The notes under the pieces: model-generated
Told to the model about the DNA's origin: nothing
The model's database searches: none
The model's input: only the letters and a program-made list of their open reading frames with translations
IMG/VR virus record: IMGVR_UViG_3300044644_000283
Coordinates: 519 to 64,518 of that record
Reading direction: 5' to 3' (one strand)
DNA from: a virus
Lineage: Duplodnaviria > Caudoviricetes
DNA: 64,000 nucleotides
Translations under genes and position numbers: made by a program
Part shown: in pieces, positions 26,816 through 35,797 of the stretch
Layout of the letters: each line of letters starts with the position of its first letter
Numbering within the stretch: the stretch's first letter is position 1

Positions 26816-28237
26816 TTAGATCCACTGAGCCACGTCAGCGGGGTTGATGTAAGCGGCCTTGATGGCATCCAAGGCGGCCGCTGATTCGGACGGTTGGCGT
26901 GAGGTGATGGCGGAGTGCCAAGCCTCATCAACAGACAGCACGTTTAAACTGCGAATGAATGCAATGGCGGAGCGAATCGATGGAGCATCGATCACGTCCC
27001 CTGTTTCAACCTTGGCACGTGCGGCATTGATGGCCGCCACAACATGCGTGGCCAGTGCCTGATGGCATCCAGTGTGGCGAATCAAAGCCTCGGCCTCATC
27101 ATTGGCACTCAAGTACTCAAACTTGATGACACGTGCAAAGCGGTCAGCCAGTGATGAATTCATCGGACGTGTGCCCGCATAGCGGCCGGACTGGTCACCG
27201 TTGGTCAGTGTGTTGTCAGCGGCAAACACCATCACGCCACGTGCCCTGCGGTGCACTTGGCCGCCAAAATTCACGGCACTGTTCGGCTCTAAAAAACCGT
27301 TCAATGTGGCCAACTCTCCGGCATCGCAGTTTGAGATCTCATCCAACAGAATGATGCTAGAGGGGCAAGCAAAGGCGGTCAGGAATGAGCCACGTTTAAA
27401 CACTGTCGCACCGTTCTCAAGGCCAACAGAACCGGCATAGTCCTCTGTTGTGGTGTACTTGTGAAAATTGATGCGGGTATATGAGCGGCCAGTGCGGGCG
27501 GCAAACTGGCGGGCGGTTTCGCTCTTGCCTGTGCCCTTTTCACCTCCGAACCACAGGTTCTCACCTGTGTACTGGGACAGCAACAAATGCTTGAGGATCT
27601 CAGGACTCCAAACGAAGTTGGGATCAATGGCGGGGGCATCGGATGCATTCCACAGGTCAACGTACATTTCCAAGCCCTTTGAGTCGAGCACTTGCACACC
27701 GAACACTTGAAGGGCTGTCTTGCGGTCAACCACAGTTGCGGCCACACCGGAGGCCACGGCCTGTTCTGCCCCTGCATCGATCACAGCCTGTTTAAACGGT
27801 GCAAATGCCTTGGCAACAGCATTGGCCACGTCAGCGGCAACCTTGGTATCGTCAACCAGTGAGGCGGCCTGTGCCTTGGCCACTTGGTCTAAGGTCATTC
27901 GCATGTTGGCCACGTCACCTGCCACGGCCATCACTGAACCCTCGATGCCACGGCTCAGGTCTAGACCCTGCAAGGCGTAGGCGTGGGCACGGTTGGCCAC
28001 TGACTCGATGGCATCAAGCTTGGCCGTGTCAATGGCAGTGTTGGCGGGTGCATTGATCACAGGCTTGGCGTTGGCCACTTGGTCAAAGGTCAGGCGGCCG
28101 TTTTCAATTTGTTCACCGAGCCAATCGACACGTTGAAGCTTGGTCACAAAGTGACTGGGTGCACCGTGGGCAATGGTTGCACCAATGATGGTGTTGTTGG
28201 GGATGGACAACAGGCGGTCTTTTAGGGCTTTTTGCAT
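26816..28237 (-). CDS. MoxR/CobS-like AAA+ ATPase
   Basis: Walker A GEKGTGKS, Walker B ILLDE, ADNT, LADRF. Confidence 0.85.
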   Translation of the reverse strand: MQKALKDRLLSIPNNTIIGATIAHGAPSHFVTKLQRVDWLGEQIENGRLTFDQVANAKPVINAPANTAIDTAKLDAIESVANRAHAYALQGLDLSRGIEGSVMAVAGDVANMRMTLDQVAKAQAASLVDDTKVAADVANAVAKAFAPFKQAVIDAGAEQAVASGVAATVVDRKTALQVFGVQVLDSKGLEMYVDLWNASDAPAIDPNFVWSPEILKHLLLSQYTGENLWFGGEKGTGKSETARQFAARTGRSYTRINFHKYTTTEDYAGSVGLENGATVFKRGSFLTAFACPSSIILLDEISNCDAGELATLNGFLEPNSAVNFGGQVHRRARGVMVFAADNTLTNGDQSGRYAGTRPMNSSLADRFARVIKFEYLSANDEAEALIRHTGCHQALATHVVAAINAARAKVETGDVIDAPSIRSAIAFIRSLNVLSVDEAWHSAITSRQPSESAAALDAIKAAYINPADVAQWI

Positions 28238-28263
28238 GGTTCTTTTCTCTCTCTCTACGGTCA

Positions 28264-28875
28264 TCAAACAAGGTTAAACAGGTCACCACAGCGGCACGTT
28301 GGCAGGTCAACGTCACCGTGTGCATTCAGCGTCCACTTGGCGGTCATGCGGATCTTGCAACCGCATGTTGGACACACGGCCAACAACAGGCGAGTGCCTT
28401 GGGTCTTATGCGTGTTCACGTCAACCTTGGCATGGGGGTACGTGCCCAGTGATTGAATGATGGCCGCATAAGCTGAGTCGAAGGCCACACCGTGATCGGT
28501 TTCATAGTAGGGGTTGGACTGCGTCCCTGCGGGCAGGATGTGCATGGCCTCGGCAACCTTGGCGTAGGCCTTGTTGGCCTGATTCAGTGCACCCTTGGCA
28601 GTGCAAGCTAGTTGGGCAATCAGCACCTCTGTGACTTTGTAGGGGTTGTCAACCTGAGGTGAAACGCAGATCTCATAGTGGCCGTCTGCACTGTTGGTGT
28701 TGGGGATGCACTGGCCAAGCACCTTGAAGCCGGAGCGTTTGGCGTTGGTAGGGTAACCAGTGGCAACCCGAATCTCAGCGGGCAGGGTGTGGCCATTTGA
28801 GGAAAAGAAGGGGCGAAGCTCCTCAACAGCGGCATTAAGCCACTCCTCACGTGTCGAATACAGGGCTTGGGTCAT
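28264..28875 (-). CDS. SprT-like protein with degenerate HExxH and C-terminal Zn ribbon
   Basis: TREEWL...GQC...EICVSP...LGxYPH...CPTCG...CxCG; no HExxH. Confidence 0.6.
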   Translation of the reverse strand: MTQALYSTREEWLNAAVEELRPFFSSNGHTLPAEIRVATGYPTNAKRSGFKVLGQCIPNTNSADGHYEICVSPQVDNPYKVTEVLIAQLACTAKGALNQANKAYAKVAEAMHILPAGTQSNPYYETDHGVAFDSAYAAIIQSLGTYPHAKVDVNTHKTQGTRLLLAVCPTCGCKIRMTAKWTLNAHGDVDLPTCRCGDLFNLV

Positions 28876-28946
28876 TGGTAGGTTCTCCAAAACAGGGCAA
28901 AATTGCCACTGCAATGCACTGACTCGCAGTGCATCACGGTGAGAAT

Positions 28947-29255
28947 TCAAGACAGGTTCAACAGTTCCTTTGCGGTCATGCCACAGGCAAAGATGCAAGC
29001 ATGGTCACCCCATGTGCCCATTGGCAGGGATGGGACACGATCCAAAAAGGCCTCGAAGGACTCACGCAGGGAAGCCTTGCGTTGCAGTTGGTTGTACTGT
29101 TGCCACACAATCATGGTGCGGGTCAGGTGTGTGTAACCTGTGGAGTTGGGGTTAGATTTGAAGTACTTCATTGCGGCCTTCATTTCATCCTCGAACAGGC
29201 GCAAAGCGCAGTCGGCAGTGTGTGAACGGTTGGCGATAGTGTCTGCTGTAGTCAT
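28947..29255 (-). CDS. Hypothetical early protein
   Basis: SD AGGAG; position in the operon. Confidence 0.6.
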   Translation of the reverse strand: MTTADTIANRSHTADCALRLFEDEMKAAMKYFKSNPNSTGYTHLTRTMIVWQQYNQLQRKASLRESFEAFLDRVPSLPMGTWGDHACIFACGMTAKELLNLS

Positions 29256-29273
29256 GATGGGGTTCTCCTAGTG

Positions 29274-29486
29274 TTAAATCAAAGTGGGGTCAAACTTCAG
29301 TGCCTCGGTCAGCATCTGATCAGGGGTGTAGATCTTGCGGATACGCTTGCCTGAGCCGAATGCATGGGTCACCATGTACTTGCCATCACTGCGCTTGCCT
29401 GTGATGGTCATTACGTGGCCGGACAGGCGGCCATCAGCCTCTGTTGTGAATGAGCCGTAAGTGCTCTTGAAAATAACAATAGACAT
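29274..29486 (-). CDS. Hypothetical early protein
   Basis: Position in the operon. Confidence 0.55.
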   Translation of the reverse strand: MSIVIFKSTYGSFTTEADGRLSGHVMTITGKRSDGKYMVTHAFGSGKRIRKIYTPDQMLTEALKFDPTLI

Positions 29487-29489
29487 GGT

Positions 29490-29651
29490 TCAAACCCCTG
29501 CGTTGTGGCGGGCAATGATCTGCTGTAACAGGGCTTGGTCATCAGCGCTGATCATGAAGCAAGAGAATGCATGCTTGTGGTCATGCATGAAAACACGCTT
29601 GGCGTTGGCCAATGTGGGGTTAGCCTTGTAGGCATCAATCAGTTTTTGCAT
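29490..29651 (-). CDS. Hypothetical early protein (first gene of the leftward operon)
   Basis: MQKLIDAYKANPT..; downstream of the promoter. Confidence 0.55.
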   Translation of the reverse strand: MQKLIDAYKANPTLANAKRVFMHDHKHAFSCFMISADDQALLQQIIARHNAGV

Positions 29652-29696
29652 GGTTCTAAACCCTTGTTTAAACATGCCGAAGTTGGCATGGTTGGG

Positions 29697-29727
29697 ATTA
29701 TAAGCACAAATAATATTGTCATGTCAA
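29697..29727 (-). promoter_or_regulatory. Sigma70 promoter of the leftward early operon
   Basis: Consensus TTGACA and TATAAT with a 19-bp spacer. Confidence 0.6.
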
Positions 29728-30068
29728 CGCTTGTGATATTTACTTGAGTAAGTTGTGGGGTTATTACCTCATGACCTCTTACGGTCATTTTTAGGCTTGC
29801 TGTATTTATATTAGTGTGGGTGTTTCTAGGCGTTTGAACTAAAAAGCATTCAGTTTGTGCGGCTCAAAAAGTAATACTTTAGTTAATGCACCAAAATGGT
29901 GAAAACGGCGTATAAGCCGACTTTTTGAGGGGGTCAAGGGGGTAGTAGCCTGAAGAGAAAAAAACGCACTGAGGCCGTTCTGATGCGTTTTAGAGGCATG
30001 TATATAACCACAGTTCACACCTACTTTTGATGGTTTTAGTAGTACTAAGGTATTACAGTTTGAAGCCC

Positions 30069-30121
30069 TGTGAATAAGGCTGTGGATAAGGTGTGGACAG
30101 CCAAGGATAACCTGTGCATAA
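30069..30121 (-). promoter_or_regulatory. Cluster of DnaA-box-like 9-mers
   Basis: TGTGAATAA, TGTGGATAA, TGTGGACAG, TGTGCATAA, all in the same orientation. Confidence 0.7.
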
Positions 30122-30200
30122 TGTTTTATACGAACAGTTTGGGTTTTGTACTGAGTGAGTGCAATCTAGACTGATCAGTCACAAAGTGGAGGCGGTGATC

Positions 30201-30851
30201 ATGGGGAAGACAAGCAAGGGTGAGTTGCAGACGGCCATGGCCGAGGCAGAGGCCGACTGGGATTTGGAACAGGCAGAGTCGGAGGTTGAAGGTCTCAGCG
30301 AAGCGGAACGGTTAGCCCATGCCGCAGGGAAACCTAGAAGAAGAGTAGATGGTCATGTAGTAGGTTCAGAACATAGAAGGGGCAAAGGCCTCACGTTGAA
30401 TCAGCAACGCTTTGTTCAAGGCGTTATCAGAGGGCACAGCCTACGTCAGAGCTACAGGGAAGCATTCCAAAACGATACAGGATCTGACGCAAGCATCAGC
30501 GCAAGTGCCAATAAATTGATGAAGGATCCAAGGGTTGTGCAAGCACTGAATGAGGCTTGGGGCGAAACCGTGGAACACCTGATTGATGACGTTGTGGCAA
30601 GTAAACGCTTTGTGCTGAAGGGTCTGTTGCACTTAGTGAAGACAGGCAAGCAGGAAGGGTCACAACTCAAAGCACTGGAACTAATGGGCAAAGCATGTGG
30701 CCTGTTTACACCAGTCGAAGTGCAAGACAAAGCACCAGTCACCGCAGATCAATTGAAGCGTGAGTTGGCGGGTCACCTCAAGCTGTTGAAGGGACATCGG
30801 TCATCAGTGGAAGATGTGGAGGCCACCCAGTTTAAACAGGTGCAGGTGTGA
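30201..30851 (+). CDS. terS: Terminase small subunit
   Basis: LT..QQRFV...SYREAF...ANKLMKDPRV...KALELMGK; upstream of TerL. Confidence 0.75.
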   Translation: MGKTSKGELQTAMAEAEADWDLEQAESEVEGLSEAERLAHAAGKPRRRVDGHVVGSEHRRGKGLTLNQQRFVQGVIRGHSLRQSYREAFQNDTGSDASISASANKLMKDPRVVQALNEAWGETVEHLIDDVVASKRFVLKGLLHLVKTGKQEGSQLKALELMGKACGLFTPVEVQDKAPVTADQLKRELAGHLKLLKGHRSSVEDVEATQFKQVQV

Positions 30852-31074
30852 ACCCCACCCATCCCGTACCCCCCATGGAGGCCATTGACCACCCGCCCGT
30901 CTATTACGCTCTATTCCACTCTTCCACACATCATCCACAGAACAACCCCCCCATCATTCCAAATCGCCAACCCCCACCCCTATATATATTTTTGTTTAAA
31001 CAGTTGCGAACGTTCGTATTATCGTTTAAACTCATGCTAACCTACAGAAGAGACAGAAGACGTAGTGTTTAAAC

Positions 31075-31305
31075 ATGACCAAGCATCGGCAATTAGTACT
31101 AGACTTCATCAGGGCGTACATCCGTTTACACGGAGTGCCGCCGTCGTATGAGGTTATTGCTAAAGGAATTGGATTGAAGTCAAAGTCGAATGTGCACCGG
31201 ATCGTCCACCGTCTTAAGGAGGATGGACACCTGACGGTGCGTCCTTATAAGTTCAACTCGATCCGTCTTGTGGACAAGTCTGTTAAGGAAATGGCTGCGT
31301 TATGA
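31075..31305 (+). CDS. Stand-alone LexA-type winged-helix DNA-binding domain
   Basis: VLDFI...GVPPSYEVIA..IGLKSKSNVHRIVHRL..DG; no peptidase domain. Confidence 0.8.
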   Translation: MTKHRQLVLDFIRAYIRLHGVPPSYEVIAKGIGLKSKSNVHRIVHRLKEDGHLTVRPYKFNSIRLVDKSVKEMAAL

Positions 31306-32798
31306 GTTTACTGACCCGCAGTGAGATTGAAGGCTATCTGAAGCTGGCCGACACTGCGCCTGTAGCAGAGCGTGCCAAGATCCAGAAGCTCCTTGAGTTT
31401 GATCGCATTGAACGCTGCCGAGAGTCATTCTTGTTCTTTGTCCAGCAGATGTGGCCTGTGTTCATCTCAGGTAAGCACCATGCAATCATGGCAGATGCTT
31501 TTGAAAGGGTCGCTAGAGGCGACCTTAAGCGTCTCATCATCAACATGCCACCCCGGCATACAAAGTCTGAGTTTGCCTCGTACCTGCTTCCAAGCTGGTT
31601 CTTAGGTAAGTTTCCTGAGAAGAAGATCATTCAGACTGCTCACACCGCAGAATTGGCCACAGGATTTGGCCGAAAGGTTAGGAATCTTGTTTCATCAGAG
31701 ACGTATCAAACAGTATTTGACACAAAGCTTTCAAGTGATTCGAAAGCCGCAGGTCGCTGGAACACTCATCTGGGTGGCGATTACTTCGCTATCGGTGTTG
31801 GCGGCGCTGTTACAGGTAAGGGCGCAGATCTCTTAATCATTGACGACCCGCATTCTGAGCAGGAAGCCAAGCAAGCAAACCCCGCCGTGTTTGACGGGGT
31901 GTATGAATGGTTCACTTCCGGCCCTCGTCAGCGTTTACAGCCGGGTGGCGCGATTATTATTGTGATGACACGCTGGTCTAAGCGTGATTTGACCGGCCAG
32001 ATTCTCAAAAACGCAGGTAAAGACGGTGTAGATCAGTGGGAAATCATCGATTTTCCGGCAATCATGCCCTCCGGAGTGCCTCTGTGGCCCGGATTTTGGT
32101 CAAAAGCGGCTTTAGAAGCCCTAAAAGCTGAACTTCCAGTCTCAAAATGGGAAGCTCAGTACCAACAGAACCCCACATCTGAAGAAGGCGCAATCATTAA
32201 GCGCGAACAATGGCAGATTTGGGACAAAGATCGTGCTCCTGCGTGTGATTACATCATCCAATCATGGGATACGGCCTTTGAAAAGAACAATCGGGCCGAC
32301 TATTCAGCCTGCACAACGTGGGGTGTGTTCCAACATCCCAATCAACACGGTGATATGCGCCCTAACATCATCCTTTTGGACGCATACAAGGCCCGCATGG
32401 AGTTCCCAGAACTCAAGAAGATGGCTTTGGAACTGTGGCAGGAGTGGGAACCCGACACATTGATCGTTGAGAAACGAGCCGCAGGTGCTCCGCTCATCTA
32501 TGAGATGCGTAAGATGGGAATCCCGCTTTCTGAGTTTACACCGGGTAAAGGAAACGATAAGATCTCGCGTGTAAACGCAATCTCCGATCTGTTTGCTTCT
32601 GGTGTTGTCTGGTGTCCAGAGACTCGTTGGGCTGAAGAAGTGATGGATGAAATGGCCTCCTTCCCCAATGGCGATCATGATGACCTTGTTGACTCTTCAA
32701 GCCAAGCTCTGATGAGATTCCGTCAAGGGGGCTTCATTTCCATCGACTCCGATGAGCCAGATGAACCCGTATATCGCAGACGCATGGAATATTATTAA
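31302..32798 (+). CDS. terL: Terminase large subunit
   Basis: MPPRHTKS, TGKGADLLIIDDPH, SWDTA, HDDLVD. Confidence 0.95.
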   Translation: MSLLTRSEIEGYLKLADTAPVAERAKIQKLLEFDRIERCRESFLFFVQQMWPVFISGKHHAIMADAFERVARGDLKRLIINMPPRHTKSEFASYLLPSWFLGKFPEKKIIQTAHTAELATGFGRKVRNLVSSETYQTVFDTKLSSDSKAAGRWNTHLGGDYFAIGVGGAVTGKGADLLIIDDPHSEQEAKQANPAVFDGVYEWFTSGPRQRLQPGGAIIIVMTRWSKRDLTGQILKNAGKDGVDQWEIIDFPAIMPSGVPLWPGFWSKAALEALKAELPVSKWEAQYQQNPTSEEGAIIKREQWQIWDKDRAPACDYIIQSWDTAFEKNNRADYSACTTWGVFQHPNQHGDMRPNIILLDAYKARMEFPELKKMALELWQEWEPDTLIVEKRAAGAPLIYEMRKMGIPLSEFTPGKGNDKISRVNAISDLFASGVVWCPETRWAEEVMDEMASFPNGDHDDLVDSSSQALMRFRQGGFISIDSDEPDEPVYRRRMEYY

Positions 32799-32806
32799 GG
32801 ACTCAC

Positions 32807-35188
32807 ATGAGTATCGACAAATCAGTCAGCCAAGCCCCTCAGGGTCTTTCAGAGCTTCTCAATGACATCGGCGTGGAAGTCGAACTAGACGAGCCAATCA
32901 TTGAAATTGAGGAAAGCGTTGAGATCACCCTAGAACCGGAGTCCGAGTTTGACAGCGACTTTGATGACAACCTCGCAGAAATCCTTGATGAAGGCACGCT
33001 AGGCAAGATTGCCTCTGAGTTGGTTGAACTCGTAGAAGCCGACATCTCATCCCGTAAAGACTGGGCAGAAAGCTTTGTTAAGGGTCTAGAGGTTCTAGGC
33101 GTGAACTATGAGGAACGCACAGAGCCATGGAACGGAGCCTGCGGTGTCTACTCAACAGTCCTGACTGAGGCTGCGATTCGCTTCCAGTCTGAGTCCATCA
33201 TGGAAACCTTCCCCGCCGCTGGCCCCGTCAAGACGGAGATCATCGGTGCAATCGATCGTTTGAAGGAAGAAGCAGCCGAGCGTGTGCAGGCTGATATGAA
33301 CTTCAAGCTGACGGAAGAAATGCCTGAGTACCGTCCAGAGCACGAGCGTATGCTGTACTCCTTGGGTCTAGCTGGCGCAGCTTTCAAGAAGGTCTACTAC
33401 GACCCCGCCATGGAGCGTCAAGTCGCAGTGTTCATCCCTGCGGAAGACATGATTGTCCCCTATGGAGCATCTAATCTTCAAAACGCAGAACGTGTTACGC
33501 ACGTCATGCGTAAGACCAAGAACGAAATGCGCCGCCTACAGGTCAGCGGTTTCTACCGTGACATTGACCTTGGTGAACCCGTCCAGCACCTGTCAGACAT
33601 TGAGAAGAAGAAGGCCGATCAGCAGGGCTACAAAGCCACTGACGACGACCGCTTCCAACTCTTGGAAGTCCATGTTTACTGGGACTTAGAAGGATTTGAA
33701 GATGAAGACATGGACGGAGAGCCAACGGGTATTGGCCTGCCTTACGTTATCACAATTGATCGTGGAACTAATAAAGTTCTGTCTATCCGCCGTAACTGGT
33801 TAGAAGACGATGCCAAGCGTGCCAAGCGCCAGCACTTTGTAGACTACTGCTACATCCCCGGCTTTGGTTTCTACGGTATGGGTCTGATCCACATCATCGG
33901 TGGATACGCCCGTGCAGGCACATCTTTGATCCGTCAACTGGTGGACGCAGGTACTTTGGCTAACTTGCCCGGTGGCTTGAAAGCCCGTGGCGCACGTATC
34001 AAAGGAGACGATACCCCAATCCAGCCCGGTGAGTTCCGTGATGTCGATGTACCAAGCGGTGTCATCAAAGACAACATCATGACGCTGCCTTACAAGGAGC
34101 CAAGTGCTACCTTGTTGACTTTGCTTGACCGCATCACCGAAGAAGGCCGCCGTCTGGGTTCTATCTCAGACATGAAGATCTCTGACATGAGCGCCAACGC
34201 TCCCGTCGGTACGACCTTGGCTTTGCTTGAGCGTACATTGAAGACCATGGGCGCAGTCCAAGCCCGTGTGCATTATTCAATGAAGCAGGAGTTTAAACTC
34301 CTTAAAGGCATCATTCGTGACTACTCACCCGCTGAGTATGAGTACGACCCACAAGGCAACGACAAGCAAGTTAAGCAGTCTGACTACGACATGGTCGAGG
34401 TCATTCCTGTATCTGATCCTAATAGCTCTACGATGGCTCAAAGGATCATGCAGTATCAGGCTGTCATCCAGTTGGCTCAGGGTGCTCCACAGATCTATGA
34501 CCTGCCTTTGCTGCACCGTCAGATGATTGAAGTTCTGGGCATCAAGAACGCAGAGAAGTTGATCCCCGGTGCTGACGACCAGACACCCAAGGATCCAATC
34601 AGCGAGAACATGGCATTCCTTAACGGTAAGCCTACTAAAGCATTCATTTATCAGGATCATGAGGCTCACATTGCAGCCCACACTGCATTCATGCAGGATC
34701 CAATGATTGCCGCCCAGATTGGTCAGAACCCAATGGCGCAGAAGATCCAAGCGTCAGCAATGGCTCACATCGCAGAGCACTTGGCGTTCTTGTACCGCAA
34801 AAAGGTCGAAGAACAAATCGGTGTACCTTTGCCCGCTCCAGATGCTTCTCTTCCAGAGGACATCGAAGTGCAGGTATCCCGTCTGGTTGCTCAAGGCGCA
34901 GCCCAGTTGTTACAGCTTAACCAAGCTCAACAACAACAGCAGCAAGCCCAGCAACAAGCACAAGATCCGCTCATCCAGATGCAACAAGCTGAACTCCAGC
35001 TTAAAGGTCAGGCAGAGCAGACCAAGGCCCAGAAAGTCCAAGCGGACATTGAAATGGCCAAAGCCAAACTCGAACTTGAGAACAAGCGTATCGACACGCA
35101 GGCTCAACTCGACATGGCTCGTATCCAAGCGCAGGAAAAACAGAACAACCAAAAGGTTCAAGTTGACCTGTTTAAACGTGGAGCATAA
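32807..35188 (+). CDS. Portal protein
   Basis: 793 aa after TerL; FKKVYYD, GFYGMG, Gln-rich C-terminal coiled coil. Confidence 0.85.
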   Translation: MSIDKSVSQAPQGLSELLNDIGVEVELDEPIIEIEESVEITLEPESEFDSDFDDNLAEILDEGTLGKIASELVELVEADISSRKDWAESFVKGLEVLGVNYEERTEPWNGACGVYSTVLTEAAIRFQSESIMETFPAAGPVKTEIIGAIDRLKEEAAERVQADMNFKLTEEMPEYRPEHERMLYSLGLAGAAFKKVYYDPAMERQVAVFIPAEDMIVPYGASNLQNAERVTHVMRKTKNEMRRLQVSGFYRDIDLGEPVQHLSDIEKKKADQQGYKATDDDRFQLLEVHVYWDLEGFEDEDMDGEPTGIGLPYVITIDRGTNKVLSIRRNWLEDDAKRAKRQHFVDYCYIPGFGFYGMGLIHIIGGYARAGTSLIRQLVDAGTLANLPGGLKARGARIKGDDTPIQPGEFRDVDVPSGVIKDNIMTLPYKEPSATLLTLLDRITEEGRRLGSISDMKISDMSANAPVGTTLALLERTLKTMGAVQARVHYSMKQEFKLLKGIIRDYSPAEYEYDPQGNDKQVKQSDYDMVEVIPVSDPNSSTMAQRIMQYQAVIQLAQGAPQIYDLPLLHRQMIEVLGIKNAEKLIPGADDQTPKDPISENMAFLNGKPTKAFIYQDHEAHIAAHTAFMQDPMIAAQIGQNPMAQKIQASAMAHIAEHLAFLYRKKVEEQIGVPLPAPDASLPEDIEVQVSRLVAQGAAQLLQLNQAQQQQQQAQQQAQDPLIQMQQAELQLKGQAEQTKAQKVQADIEMAKAKLELENKRIDTQAQLDMARIQAQEKQNNQKVQVDLFKRGA

Positions 35189-35190
35189 CT

Positions 35191-35391
35191 ATGAACGAAG
35201 ATCAGGCGTTTAAATATCTTTTGTCTGATCTCCGTGAGAAGGAGCGAACCCTTCTCGAAAGTCTTGGGGGCGGGGCAGCAACAGACTACCCCGCTTATCG
35301 AGAGATGTGCGGACAAATTCGAGGTCTACTGTACGCACAGTCTTTAATTTCTGACCTCGTTCGAAAACTTGAAAGATATGAAGATGACTGA
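35191..35391 (+). CDS. Small head-module protein
   Basis: Y...CGQIRGL motif, typical after the portal. Confidence 0.7.
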   Translation: MNEDQAFKYLLSDLREKERTLLESLGGGAATDYPAYREMCGQIRGLLYAQSLISDLVRKLERYEDD

Positions 35392-35788
35392 ATTCGATGT
35401 CAGTGCAGTTGACTTGTCGGGCGTGCTCAACAAGACCAACGAGGAAAAGGCGCGTCAAGTGCCCGATCCTGCTACATATCACCTCCTTTGTATGCTTCCG
35501 AAAGCAGAAGAAGAGATGGGTGATAGCGGAATTATCAAATCCGCAACCATGATGCATCACGAAGAGATCCTGTCTCCCGTGCTGTTCGTGGCCAAAATGG
35601 GGCCAGATGCGTTTAAAGATGAGAAACGCTTTCCGTCTGGGCCGTCCTGCAAGGTTGGAGACTTCATCATTACTCGCCCTAACAGCGGTACACGTATGAA
35701 GATCCATGGAACCGAATGGCGCTTAATCAACGACGATAGTGTTGAAGCGGTTGTTCAGGATCCACGTGGCATTCAACGCCCTTTCTAA
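35384..35788 (+). CDS. GroES-like co-chaperonin
   Basis: SGII...VAKMGP...CKVGD...GT...RLINDD.V.AV. Confidence 0.8.
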   Translation: MTEFDVSAVDLSGVLNKTNEEKARQVPDPATYHLLCMLPKAEEEMGDSGIIKSATMMHHEEILSPVLFVAKMGPDAFKDEKRFPSGPSCKVGDFIITRPNSGTRMKIHGTEWRLINDDSVEAVVQDPRGIQRPF

Positions 35789-35797
35789 GGAGTAGCC

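Noticed and set aside
25154-28237. Cobalamin biosynthesis (cobST) as auxiliary metabolism
   Set aside because: No cobN or other cob genes; a general MoxR-VWA role fits better
30848-31072. 74-aa Pro/His-rich ORF between terS and the LexA-like gene
   Set aside because: Translation of C-runs and AT tracts; more likely a non-coding cis region
31075-31305. LexA/CI repressor implying a temperate lifestyle
   Set aside because: No autocleavage domain, located in the packaging operon, and no integrase or partition ATPase in the window
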